A stretch of DNA of 9,750 nucleotides, from the IMG/VR virus record IMGVR_UViG_2579778631_000016, one strand, 5' to 3'. Below the pieces are notes generated by a model, which was not told where the DNA came from, searched no databases, and saw only the letters and a program-made list of their open reading frames with translations. This stretch comes from a virus (lineage: Duplodnaviria; Heunggongvirae; Uroviricota; Caudoviricetes). Positions 1 through 6,322 of this stretch are shown here, piece by piece (the first letter of the stretch is position 1; every line of letters begins with the position of its first letter). Made by a program: the position numbers and the translations under genes.

Positions 1-282
1 TTACCGCCGCAACCGCTCCGGCTTCTTCCAGTGGTACGTTATTTTTTCTTTCTCCCGATACAGTTCAACGCGGCGATTGTAGGCCAGCATTTCCAGAACG
101 CGGATCCGTATGTCGCGCATATCAACATCATTAAGCTGGATACCATCACGGCGCATCACCTCAGCAACAATACGCACATAATTTTCAGCGGTCACGCTGT
201 CCGGCTGTGTGGCCTGTTCGTCATGCTGCTGGCTGATTCCGGTAACGCGGCGGATTAATCCCAGTAGTTCGGCTTCTGTCAT
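1..282 (-). CDS. hypothetical protein, 93 aa (MTEAELLGLIRRVTG...)
   Basis: The 1..480(-) ORF was trimmed to the internal ATG at 280-282, which is preceded by a GGGGG Shine-Dalgarno; stop TAA at 1-3. The longer N-terminal extension runs through the cos-like sequence and does not look protein-like. No family recognised. Confidence 0.45.
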   Translation of the reverse strand: MTEAELLGLIRRVTGISQQHDEQATQPDSVTAENYVRIVAEVMRRDGIQLNDVDMRDIRIRVLEMLAYNRRVELYREKEKITYHWKKPERLRR

Positions 283-312
283 TGTGCCCCCATCGCTCTG
301 ATAGTCTGGTGT

Positions 313-392
313 CGTCGGGTCCTTCCTGGAATTATGGCCCGTTACGGGGCGGCGACCTCGCGCGTTTTCACTATTTATGAAAATTTTTCGGG
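313..392 (+). other. lambda-type cohesive-end site, copy A (cosQ-like + cosN)
   Basis: The + strand reads cgtcgggtccttcctggaattatggcccgttacg / GGGCGGCGACCT / cgcgcgttttcactatttatgaaaatttttcgg. The 12-mer at 347-358 and its flanks match the lambda genome left end and concatemer junction as I recall them (...cgacgggtcctttccggtgatccgacaggttacg|GGGCGGCGACCTCGCGGGTTTTCGCTATTTATGAAAATTTTCCGG) at nearly every position. Confidence 0.7.
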
Positions 393-395
393 ATC

Positions 396-494
396 CATGT
401 CCGGTTTCTCTGCAAGTTAACCATATGAAAAATATAAAAACATGCTTTCCATGAACCGGACATGCGCAAAAAACAGACACTAAAACCGGACATC
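396..494 (+). repeat. three copies of GAAACCGGACAT(G/C), one inverted; candidate cosB-type small-terminase binding sites
   Basis: catgtccggtttc at 396-408 (inverted), tgaaccggacatg at 452-464, aaaccggacatc at 483-494. Spacing is about 60 and 30 bp, close to whole helical turns, and the array sits immediately downstream of cosN copy A where lambda has the R3/R2/R1 sites of cosB. Confidence 0.4.
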
Positions 495-561
495 GAACCA
501 GTTAACCGAAAGTGTGCACAAATCACATGCATTGCTGCGAGTGATTAACAAGTTATCGGCT

Positions 562-996
562 TTACTGTTCTGTATCGGCTGATTGCTCCATGCTGGCACG
601 GCGAACGCTTACGGCATGACGCCACCCAGCCAGAAAGCCAGCCATTTTATTTCGTGCCTTGCTCACATCTTCCGGTGAATAGCCGTAAATCTGCAAACCT
701 TCATCAAATCGATGTTCTGTTTCTTCACTGGAGTACTCGTCACGCTCAGATGAAAGCAGCCTGGCAAACATAATTTTTTCCAGCGCACTGGTTTCTACGT
801 GATATCTGATGGCCTCAAGACGGCTTTTACCTGAAGACCAAAGCAATGTATGCCCGATGTGATAACCGCCAGACTTTCCGCGATCCGCATTAAGATACGG
901 CATCCCCTGTTTGGTCCATGCGCGAATAGTGGTTCTGTTAACCTTGAAATGTTCAGCTATTTCCTGCTGACTTACAAAACAAGCTTTATCAATCAT
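562..996 (-). CDS. Nu1-like terminase small subunit / packaging-specificity protein, 144 aa
   Basis: N-terminus VSQQEIAEHFKVNRTTIRAWTKQGMPYL aligns with the lambda Nu1 winged-HTH region KKQLADIFGASIRTIQNWQEQGMPVL. ATG at 994-996 has an AAGGTAA Shine-Dalgarno and lies 89 nt downstream of cosN copy B on the same strand. No terminase large subunit gene follows. Confidence 0.75.
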   Translation of the reverse strand: MIDKACFVSQQEIAEHFKVNRTTIRAWTKQGMPYLNADRGKSGGYHIGHTLLWSSGKSRLEAIRYHVETSALEKIMFARLLSSERDEYSSEETEHRFDEGLQIYGYSPEDVSKARNKMAGFLAGWRHAVSVRRASMEQSADTEQ

Positions 997-1057
997 AATG
1001 TTACCTTAACTGCATGGTTAAATATTAATCAAGTGGTGGTGGTGTCACCTTCACGGA

Positions 1058-1133
1058 AAAACGTCATAAATAGCGAAAACCCGCGAGGTCGCCGCCCCGT
1101 AACGGGTCCATATGCCGGAAAGGACCCGTAAAA
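1058..1133 (-). other. lambda-type cohesive-end site, copy B (cosQ-like + cosN + one R3-like element)
   Basis: The minus strand reads tttacgggtcctttccggcatatggacccgttacg / GGGCGGCGACCT / cgcgggttttcgctatttatgacgtttttccgtgaagg; the cohesive-end 12-mer is at 1086-1097. This matches the recalled lambda cosQ/cosN almost exactly, and ACGTTTTTCCG resembles the lambda R-site core CGTTTCC. Confidence 0.7.
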
Positions 1134-1152
1134 AAAGCCGGATTTCTCCGGC
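1130..1152 (-). terminator. rho-independent terminator ending the capsid operon
   Basis: Hairpin gccgga-tttc-tccggc (1137-1152) is followed on the minus strand by a 7-nt U tract (A tract 1130-1136 on +), 7 nt after the stop of the 137-aa gene. Confidence 0.6.
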
Positions 1153-1158
1153 CTTGTC

Positions 1159-1572
1159 TCAGATGGTTTTCAGTATGCGCTCGATGTCGCCATCATCGCC
1201 CGGGTTTCTGCCGTCGTATGCCATGCCAGCTGAAACGGCTTGCGGGCTGTGCATGTCCATAAAGTTTTCAAAGGCTGCGGTAAGCTCCGGCGCAACCTTC
1301 TGGCGTTCCTGCTCTATGGTCATGCTAAGGATGCTTTTAGCCGTACCAACATCGATACAAGGCACGTTTGCCATTGCACGTAACAGCGGCTGATAGTCGT
1401 TATGCTCATGAAGCGCCATAATCGCATCAGCGCGCGGCTTGTCCTGCTCTTCCAGTTTGTTGAGTTGATATACGGCCTCGTAGGTTGATAAACCTCTGTC
1501 AGCCATTGCCCGCGCTTCGGCTTTAAATTTACTCGCCAGCGGTAGCGTCATGATGCTTTCATTCGTTGCCAT
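1159..1572 (-). CDS. hypothetical head-module protein, 137 aa
   Basis: ATG at 1570-1572 with an AGGGGGAA Shine-Dalgarno, 12 nt after the stop of the gpD-like gene and followed by a terminator. Function unknown; its position suggests an accessory head, scaffold or size-determination protein. Confidence 0.6.
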   Translation of the reverse strand: MATNESIMTLPLASKFKAEARAMADRGLSTYEAVYQLNKLEEQDKPRADAIMALHEHNDYQPLLRAMANVPCIDVGTAKSILSMTIEQERQKVAPELTAAFENFMDMHSPQAVSAGMAYDGRNPGDDGDIERILKTI

Positions 1573-1584
1573 CGTTCCCCCTGC

Positions 1585-1920
1585 TTATCGGGCCAGCGGC
1601 TGAACGGATACGCCAGAACCCGCAAAGGCGGCGCATTTTTTCGCATCGGTGTCGACGCTCTCGGGCCAGTTCACGGCGGCGATATTAAAGATCCCCGTCT
1701 TGTAGCACTGTGCTGATTTCTGCTTTGACGTGTCCACGGGGTACGAAGTCAGATAAACAGCCTTTCCGGACGCCTGACCATCCCACGGCTTAAACTCGCC
1801 ATTGTCCGCCAGCATCAGCGGGGTAAATTCCTGAATGACGCCAGCATCAGCGGCAAAATGTACCAGCGTCGTGGATACCTGCTGACTGCCTGCAAATAAC
1901 TCAATGTATGGAGTGTTCAT
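1585..1920 (-). CDS. head decoration protein, lambda gpD-like, 111 aa
   Basis: TPLMLADNGEFKPWDG and YKTGIFNIAAVNWPES...KKCAAFAGSGVSV match lambda gpD (TPLMLDTSSRKLVAWDG; YKSGTFRYEDVLWPEA...KKRTAFAGTAISIV). GGGGGA Shine-Dalgarno; directly follows the capsid gene. Confidence 0.8.
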   Translation of the reverse strand: MNTPYIELFAGSQQVSTTLVHFAADAGVIQEFTPLMLADNGEFKPWDGQASGKAVYLTSYPVDTSKQKSAQCYKTGIFNIAAVNWPESVDTDAKKCAAFAGSGVSVQPLAR

Positions 1921-1931
1921 AGAATCCCCCG

Positions 1932-2987
1932 TTAACCAATTTTGACGGTAACAAATTTGCGAATGTCTGCCGGCACCGGCTGCGGTGCGCTGTGCGTCTG
2001 CACGTACTCAATCGCCGGATCGCCGTCCTCAATCCAGTTTTTCGGGTAGTACATGTTTTGCGTTGCGCCCGTTCTTACCGCTTCCTGATCCATAATCGCA
2101 CCATAAGCAACCAGCCCTTTATTGTTGGTGTTGCCCAAGACCAGCAAATCAGGCTCAAGGAAATGTTTTTCGGTGCCGTCGCTGTCGGCGTATTTGCCGG
2201 AATAGACGATAAGGGCAATATCGCCCAGATAGCCTTTAAAGCTCACCACTTCGCCCAGGTTTTTACAGGCCAGTTCTGCGGCGGATTCTGAACCACGGGA
2301 AAGATCGTACAGTTCGCGGAATTTTTTAAAGCTGCGTAACGTGCGCCATACCTCAGCGCCCATAATCATGACGTTTGCGGGGCAATTGCCCTGATCCGCA
2401 TAAAGCTCGATATCATAGATTGGATCGTGGGTTTCTTTGTCCTGCTCGGACCATTTACGGCCTTTGGCCTGCTCTATGATGTTGTTTTCCGGCATCTTCC
2501 AGTCGATTTCATAGCGTTCTATGCCTTCGCCCTCAATGATGTTTTTTCCGGTCGTTACCGCATTTACCGCCAGCCATTCAACACGCGCTTTAATAGCGTT
2601 TACCTGGCGGCGCATGTTGCCAGTAATCAGGCGCATACGGCGATAGGTTGGGTCGTTAAGCTGTGCCGGATCTTCTCCAGCCATGCGCATGATGGTTTTT
2701 GTTGGATCGATTTCGTGCTTTGGCTTCATGTAGCCAGGTTTAATCGTGCTGGTTTCGTACCCTTTATCGCGCTGTACCTGGCTACCAACCATAGGCGAGC
2801 AAAACGCTGACATAGTGACTTCTTCGGTGTCCAGGTTATCCAGCATGATGTTTTGGGTGTTGAATGTCGCTACTTTCTGGAAAAACAGCGTGGTAAACAG
2901 CGGACTAAATTTAAATTCCGCAATATCCCCGCGATTCAGGTACGCAAAAAGCTGGTGAGTGTTAAGTGCCGTTGCTTTGCCTGCCAT
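1932..2987 (-). CDS. major capsid protein, lambda gpE family, 351 aa
   Basis: Several blocks match lambda gpE: EFKFSPLFTTLFF / KFKFDPLFLRLFF; PGYMKPKHEIDP / PGYVKPKHEVNP; EDPAQLNDPTYRRMRLITGNMR / EDPQNLADPAYRRRRIIMQNMR; GDIALIVYSGKY / GDVAIVVYSGQY; YPKNWIEDGDPA / YPKNWVTTGDPA. Start overlaps the upstream stop (TAATG). Confidence 0.9.
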   Translation of the reverse strand: MAGKATALNTHQLFAYLNRGDIAEFKFSPLFTTLFFQKVATFNTQNIMLDNLDTEEVTMSAFCSPMVGSQVQRDKGYETSTIKPGYMKPKHEIDPTKTIMRMAGEDPAQLNDPTYRRMRLITGNMRRQVNAIKARVEWLAVNAVTTGKNIIEGEGIERYEIDWKMPENNIIEQAKGRKWSEQDKETHDPIYDIELYADQGNCPANVMIMGAEVWRTLRSFKKFRELYDLSRGSESAAELACKNLGEVVSFKGYLGDIALIVYSGKYADSDGTEKHFLEPDLLVLGNTNNKGLVAYGAIMDQEAVRTGATQNMYYPKNWIEDGDPAIEYVQTHSAPQPVPADIRKFVTVKIG

Positions 2988-3193
2988 TATTCACCCCCAT
3001 AATTTTTATGCATCCCAAGCGCCGCAAGTAAATAAGAGCGTACAAGTGAACCTATCGACGGCTCCGGCGTCATCAGCGGATCCAGTCCAGCCGCCACGCC
3101 AGCCTCATAGTTTTTTTTGTGGCGCTGCTTGAGCACCTCCACGATTTCGGGGCTTATGTACACCGAAACACCGCCTTTTTTCTCTTCAGCCAT
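2987..3193 (-). CDS. hypothetical protein, 68 aa, first gene of capsid operon
   Basis: ATG at 3191-3193 with a GAGGAA Shine-Dalgarno; its stop overlaps the capsid ATG, indicating translational coupling. No family recognised. Confidence 0.55.
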   Translation of the reverse strand: MAEEKKGGVSVYISPEIVEVLKQRHKKNYEAGVAAGLDPLMTPEPSIGSLVRSYLLAALGMHKNYGGE

Positions 3194-3249
3194 AGTAAGA
3201 AATTCCTCTTCGACTTAAAAAATCATAACTGGATGTTCATCCAGCTCTG

Positions 3250-3277
3250 ATTATAATCATGATTGCATTTTGTGCAA
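3250..3277 (-). promoter_or_regulatory. sigma70-like promoter for the capsid operon (TTGCAC, 16 bp spacer, TATAAT)
   Basis: On the minus strand: -35 TTGCAC (3272-3277), 16-nt spacer, -10 TATAAT (3250-3255), about 55 nt upstream of the ATG at 3193. The -10 lies inside the perfect palindrome GATTATAATC and is flanked by TTGCA/TGCAA dyads. Confidence 0.45.
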
Positions 3278-3357
3278 TGATATTGAGTTGTGTTGCAAAT
3301 TGTGAAATGATTATCCCGATCATGTGTGTCAGTGCACCAAAAAGCCTCATATGCAAA

Positions 3358-3395
3358 AGCCCGATAAGCCACCTCTGACCTTATCGGGCTTTTTT
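3358..3395 (+). terminator. rho-independent terminator on the + strand
   Basis: agcccgataag-(11 nt loop)-cttatcgggct followed by TTTTT (3391-3395). No annotated + strand gene ends here, so it would terminate a short + strand transcript starting near the capsid promoter. Confidence 0.45.
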
Positions 3396-3519
3396 ATCTG
3401 CCTGCAAAGATGTCGAACAAAAATTAACCATAACCATCATCTTTTTTGCATCAAAACAATTAAAAACAATAAATTACGCTCATGATGATGATGACGATAA
3501 AATCACAAAAATGCGCTTT

Positions 3520-3570
3520 TTTCCGCGCCTCCCGCCCCGTGTTCAGGCCCACCCCGCCAGGAGGACCCGT
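3520..3570 (-). other. degenerate cos-like relic, copy C
   Basis: The minus strand reads acgggtcctcctggcggggtgggcctgaacacggggcgggaggcgcgg: a cosQ-like ACGGGTCCT followed by a decayed version of ttacgGGGCGGCGACCTcgcgg. Confidence 0.4.
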
Positions 3571-3592
3571 AAAAAAGCCGGATTGCTCCGGC
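3571..3592 (-). terminator. rho-independent terminator after the SSB gene
   Basis: Hairpin gccgga-ttgc-tccggc with an adjacent 6-nt U tract on the minus strand (A tract 3571-3576 on +). It is nearly identical to the terminator at 1130-1152. Confidence 0.55.
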
Positions 3593-3608
3593 TTCTGTCA
3601 CTCGTCGC

Positions 3609-4031
3609 TTAAAACGGTATGTTATCCCCGTACGGATCATCATTCCCCGCCTGTTGTTTTGCCCTGTTCAGCGCGTCAGTAGCCTGCCCCTGTTGACCTT
3701 TTTTGCTGCCCGGTCGCGCCGTTCTGGCACTGATTACACTGTCTGCGATAACCTGCCAGCCCTGCCGCGTTTCGCCGTTCTGGCCTGTCCACTGGCTCAC
3801 CTGCATATTACCCGCCACGCTCAGGAGTTCGCCTTTGTGGTGTTTTGCCAGTGCGTCGGCCTGTCTGCCAAACGCCAGGACAGATAACCACATCGTCGCC
3901 GTTCCGTCATCTGCCTGGCTGCATGGCAGGGGAACCGCCATACTCGCCATCGCCATTTGTGTCCCTTTGCTGGTGGTCTTTAACTGCGGGTCAGCCACCA
4001 GCCGCCCGCAAGCCGCTATCTGTGCTGTCAT
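3609..4031 (-). CDS. ssb: single-stranded DNA-binding protein (SSB), 140 aa
   Basis: OB-fold-like core (WLSVLAFGRQADALAKHHKGELLSVAGNMQVSQWTGQNGETRQGWQVIA) and an acidic C-terminal tail ending ...DDPYGDNIPF, as in E. coli SSB (...DFDDDIPF). Start overlaps the upstream stop (ATGA). Confidence 0.8.
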   Translation of the reverse strand: MTAQIAACGRLVADPQLKTTSKGTQMAMASMAVPLPCSQADDGTATMWLSVLAFGRQADALAKHHKGELLSVAGNMQVSQWTGQNGETRQGWQVIADSVISARTARPGSKKGQQGQATDALNRAKQQAGNDDPYGDNIPF

Positions 4032-4285
4032 GCTGTCTGCTCTCCGGTTTTAACGTTGATGGTTGTCACCTGTTCCGCTTCGGCAATCTCCCGTTCTGTC
4101 AGCGTGGCAAAGTTTGCTGCCGCCGTGGTCATGAATGCGCTTATCAGGTCGGGATGTGCTTTCGCGTATCCTTCCCCCGTGTTGCGGTCGATGATTTTTA
4201 TCGCCACTCTCAGCCAGTGCTCTGTAAGGTCAATGGCGCGGTTATGCTGCTTCTTCTGATTATTAAGTTTTCCTGATGTGCGCAT
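4028..4285 (-). CDS. hypothetical protein, 85 aa, first gene after the origin
   Basis: ATG at 4283-4285 with a GAGGGGG Shine-Dalgarno (spacer slightly long); translationally coupled to ssb. No family recognised. Confidence 0.5.
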   Translation of the reverse strand: MRTSGKLNNQKKQHNRAIDLTEHWLRVAIKIIDRNTGEGYAKAHPDLISAFMTTAAANFATLTEREIAEAEQVTTINVKTGEQTA

Positions 4286-4332
4286 TTTTATTTTTACCCC
4301 CTCGTTTAAAAAGTTTTGAGTTGTGCCTCCCC

Positions 4333-4560
4333 TTGTCTACCTTATCTACCTTACTGGCTCTCATGCCAGTAATGGCGCGGCTTTCAGCGGGGTAGAGTGC
4401 TTTTATCCACTATCTACCCCGTATCTACCTCCCTGTCTGATTCAGGTAAAATCAGGTAGAGAGGGTAGATAGTAGGTAGACAGTGAAAAAAGGCTGTCTA
4501 CCTAAGTTAATATACTGAATTGAATGTATTTTTCTTTACTCAGGTAGACAGGGTAGACAG
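4333..4560. repeat. iteron array (about 11 copies of GGTAGA(CAG) / (CTG)TCTACC) with an AT-rich spacer; putative replication origin
   Basis: GGTAGA at 4391, 4455, 4464, 4475, 4543, 4552 and TCTACC at 4336, 4345, 4413, 4424, 4497; the full 9-mer GGTAGACAG occurs three times. An AT-rich stretch at 4500-4540 could be an unwinding element. Lies immediately downstream of the primase/helicase gene, as in SaPI/PICI origins and P4 ori/crr. Confidence 0.7.
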
Positions 4561-4573
4561 CCATTGCAAAAAA

Positions 4574-6322
4574 TTATAAAAACGCGTCGCAATCGTCTGT
4601 TGTTATTGCGTTAGTCTGCGTTACTCCCTTAACTTTCCGCGTAATATATTCATGTCCGTAAACTTTCGCGGCTGGCTTCATAGCCTTGCCAAAGTCATTT
4701 ACGTTTAGCGGTTTGCTCCTGCCTGCGTATGCCATAAACGCCAGATAGACGCGGTAAAGGCTGTTCCTGGTCGTGTACTTCACTGAATCGCCACCGCCCC
4801 CCATCATCAGGCCGCGCGCTTCCTCCAGAAAATTCAGGAACTGGCAAAACTCAATAACCGGATCCGTTTGCTGCTTTATCGCCAGTGCTTCATCACCGTC
4901 ACGCTGTTCAATGAGTAAAGCCCGTGCCTTTTCAGGGGCGGAAAAGTTCGCCAGTAATCGGCGGATAATCACAGGGATTTCAGCCGCAATCTTTTCCGGT
5001 AGCTCCCTGTCTTTGTCGGCCTCACTGACGATATTGTCGAAACGGAAAATCACGCGACGACGTGCCACACCTCCGGCCCGTTCGGTGAATATCATCGGGT
5101 TGTTGTTGGTCGCCAGCACCACCGCCCTGATTACCGCCGTGAAACGCTTTTCATATTTCGGGTTAACTTCCACGGGGTCGCCGCCTGTGATTTTCTTGAT
5201 GCCCGTTCCTTCGCCTGTATATTTCGGCTGGTCAGCCAGGACGATAAGACGACTCCCGACAACCTGCGCACGTCCACCAGCATCATCAAGCGATGTCATT
5301 TCAGCGCTTACCGTGTTCTGTTTCCCTGCCAGAAGGCTGGCTATGTGTGTGAATGTACTTTTACCGCTCCCGCCGTCTCCGGTGGCCTCAATAAACATCT
5401 GCCAGTCGTACCGGTTCGCCATAATCATGTACAGCGCGGCACATATACGCATCATCTTGCTCGGGTCTTTTCCGGCTGCGTGCTCAAGCCATTTATGAAA
5501 GTTTGGCGCGTTATCGCGGATGTTCTCCCCGGGTGCTGGTGGCGTGTACTCAATGCCGTTGTGCGTGGTGATCCAGTTCTCCGGCGTGTGCGGGGAAAAT
5601 TCCCCCGTTTTCAGGTCAAGCGCACCATTGGCGAACGGCAGCAAATCGCCGGACGGCTCGCCCATTGGTTCGGCAATAACTTTTAACGCTTCCACGGCGT
5701 TATTGATTACGCGCTTGCTGAAAGTGGCCCTGTGCTCTGAATAGATCGCCACCATTTCGCGGCTCAGCTCCATTGTGCTGACCGGACACCATACCCCGCC
5801 GCGCCATACGTGAACGATTTCACTTTCAGGATGCACACAAACGCCATCAAAGCGCTCGGCAAGCAGCTGCGCGCGCTCACTGTCTGCCATTTGTGCCAGT
5901 TGCGTATTTTTCTGCTCCGGCATGGTAAGCCCTGCGGCAATATTTTCACGCTCAGCATTCAGATAGCGCCGCCAGTTTTCACACTTCTGGGCGTGCATTC
6001 CTTCGGGGTAAAAATTTGCGTCCTGAATATCTGCCGCCGCCAGCTTCTGACCAATCTTTTTGGTCTCCACCAAATCCAGTTCTCCGGCCTGGTACAGCCT
6101 TACGCGTTTTTTTCCATCAGGAACAATTTGCAGTGCATCAAGTTCGGCAAGCTGATTTGGCCCAAGCCACACAGGAGGCACATTATCGCCGGATGCGGGG
6201 CCGTCCTGCTCCTGCCACTGTTTTGCATGTGCCCACGCATCACTACCCGCGAAAATAATCACCTCTGTGTCTTTGTGTTTTATTCCGCGTGGCTGTTTTT
6301 TTACGTTCGGTGCCAGTTTCAT
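4574..6322 (-). CDS. P4-family primase / SF3 helicase replication initiator, 582 aa
   Basis: Walker A motif GDGGSGKST, a downstream LIVLADQP Walker B-like segment and a C-terminal region typical of phage/plasmid primase P4-family (D5_N-like) proteins. Start overlaps the stop of the upstream small ORF (ATGA). Confidence 0.9.
   Translation of the reverse strand: MKLAPNVKKQPRGIKHKDTEVIIFAGSDAWAHAKQWQEQDGPASGDNVPPVWLGPNQLAELDALQIVPDGKKRVRLYQAGELDLVETKKIGQKLAAADIQDANFYPEGMHAQKCENWRRYLNAERENIAAGLTMPEQKNTQLAQMADSERAQLLAERFDGVCVHPESEIVHVWRGGVWCPVSTMELSREMVAIYSEHRATFSKRVINNAVEALKVIAEPMGEPSGDLLPFANGALDLKTGEFSPHTPENWITTHNGIEYTPPAPGENIRDNAPNFHKWLEHAAGKDPSKMMRICAALYMIMANRYDWQMFIEATGDGGSGKSTFTHIASLLAGKQNTVSAEMTSLDDAGGRAQVVGSRLIVLADQPKYTGEGTGIKKITGGDPVEVNPKYEKRFTAVIRAVVLATNNNPMIFTERAGGVARRRVIFRFDNIVSEADKDRELPEKIAAEIPVIIRRLLANFSAPEKARALLIEQRDGDEALAIKQQTDPVIEFCQFLNFLEEARGLMMGGGGDSVKYTTRNSLYRVYLAFMAYAGRSKPLNVNDFGKAMKPAAKVYGHEYITRKVKGVTQTNAITTDDCDAFL

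Noticed and set aside
283-480. N-terminal extension of the 1..480 ORF (159 aa)
   Set aside because: The extension runs through the cos-like DNA site and reads as non-protein-like sequence; the internal ATG at 280-282 with a ribosome-binding site is the plausible start.
313-1133. REP/ERIC/MITE or IS inverted-repeat interpretation of the roughly 75-bp inverted repeats flanking the Nu1-like gene
   Set aside because: The repeats match the lambda cosQ/cosN sequence, including the exact 12-nt cohesive end, far better than any REP, ERIC or IS terminal repeat I know, and no transposase is present.
1992-2958. Plus-strand ORFs (99, 127, 70 aa) inside the capsid gene
   Set aside because: Antisense to the strongly supported gpE-family CDS.
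3482-3682. 66-aa plus-strand ORF beginning MMMMTIKS
   Set aside because: It crosses a terminator hairpin and the cos-like relic, is proline-rich and low-complexity, and has no ribosome-binding site.
3654-4276. Plus-strand ORFs (77, 116, 143, 67 aa) antisense to ssb and the 85-aa gene
   Set aside because: Shadow ORFs of the minus-strand genes; proline/cysteine/serine-rich translations.
4333-4560. CRISPR array interpretation of the repeat cluster
   Set aside because: Repeat units are only 6-9 bp, occur in both orientations with irregular spacing, and sit next to a replication initiator gene; this fits iterons, not CRISPR.
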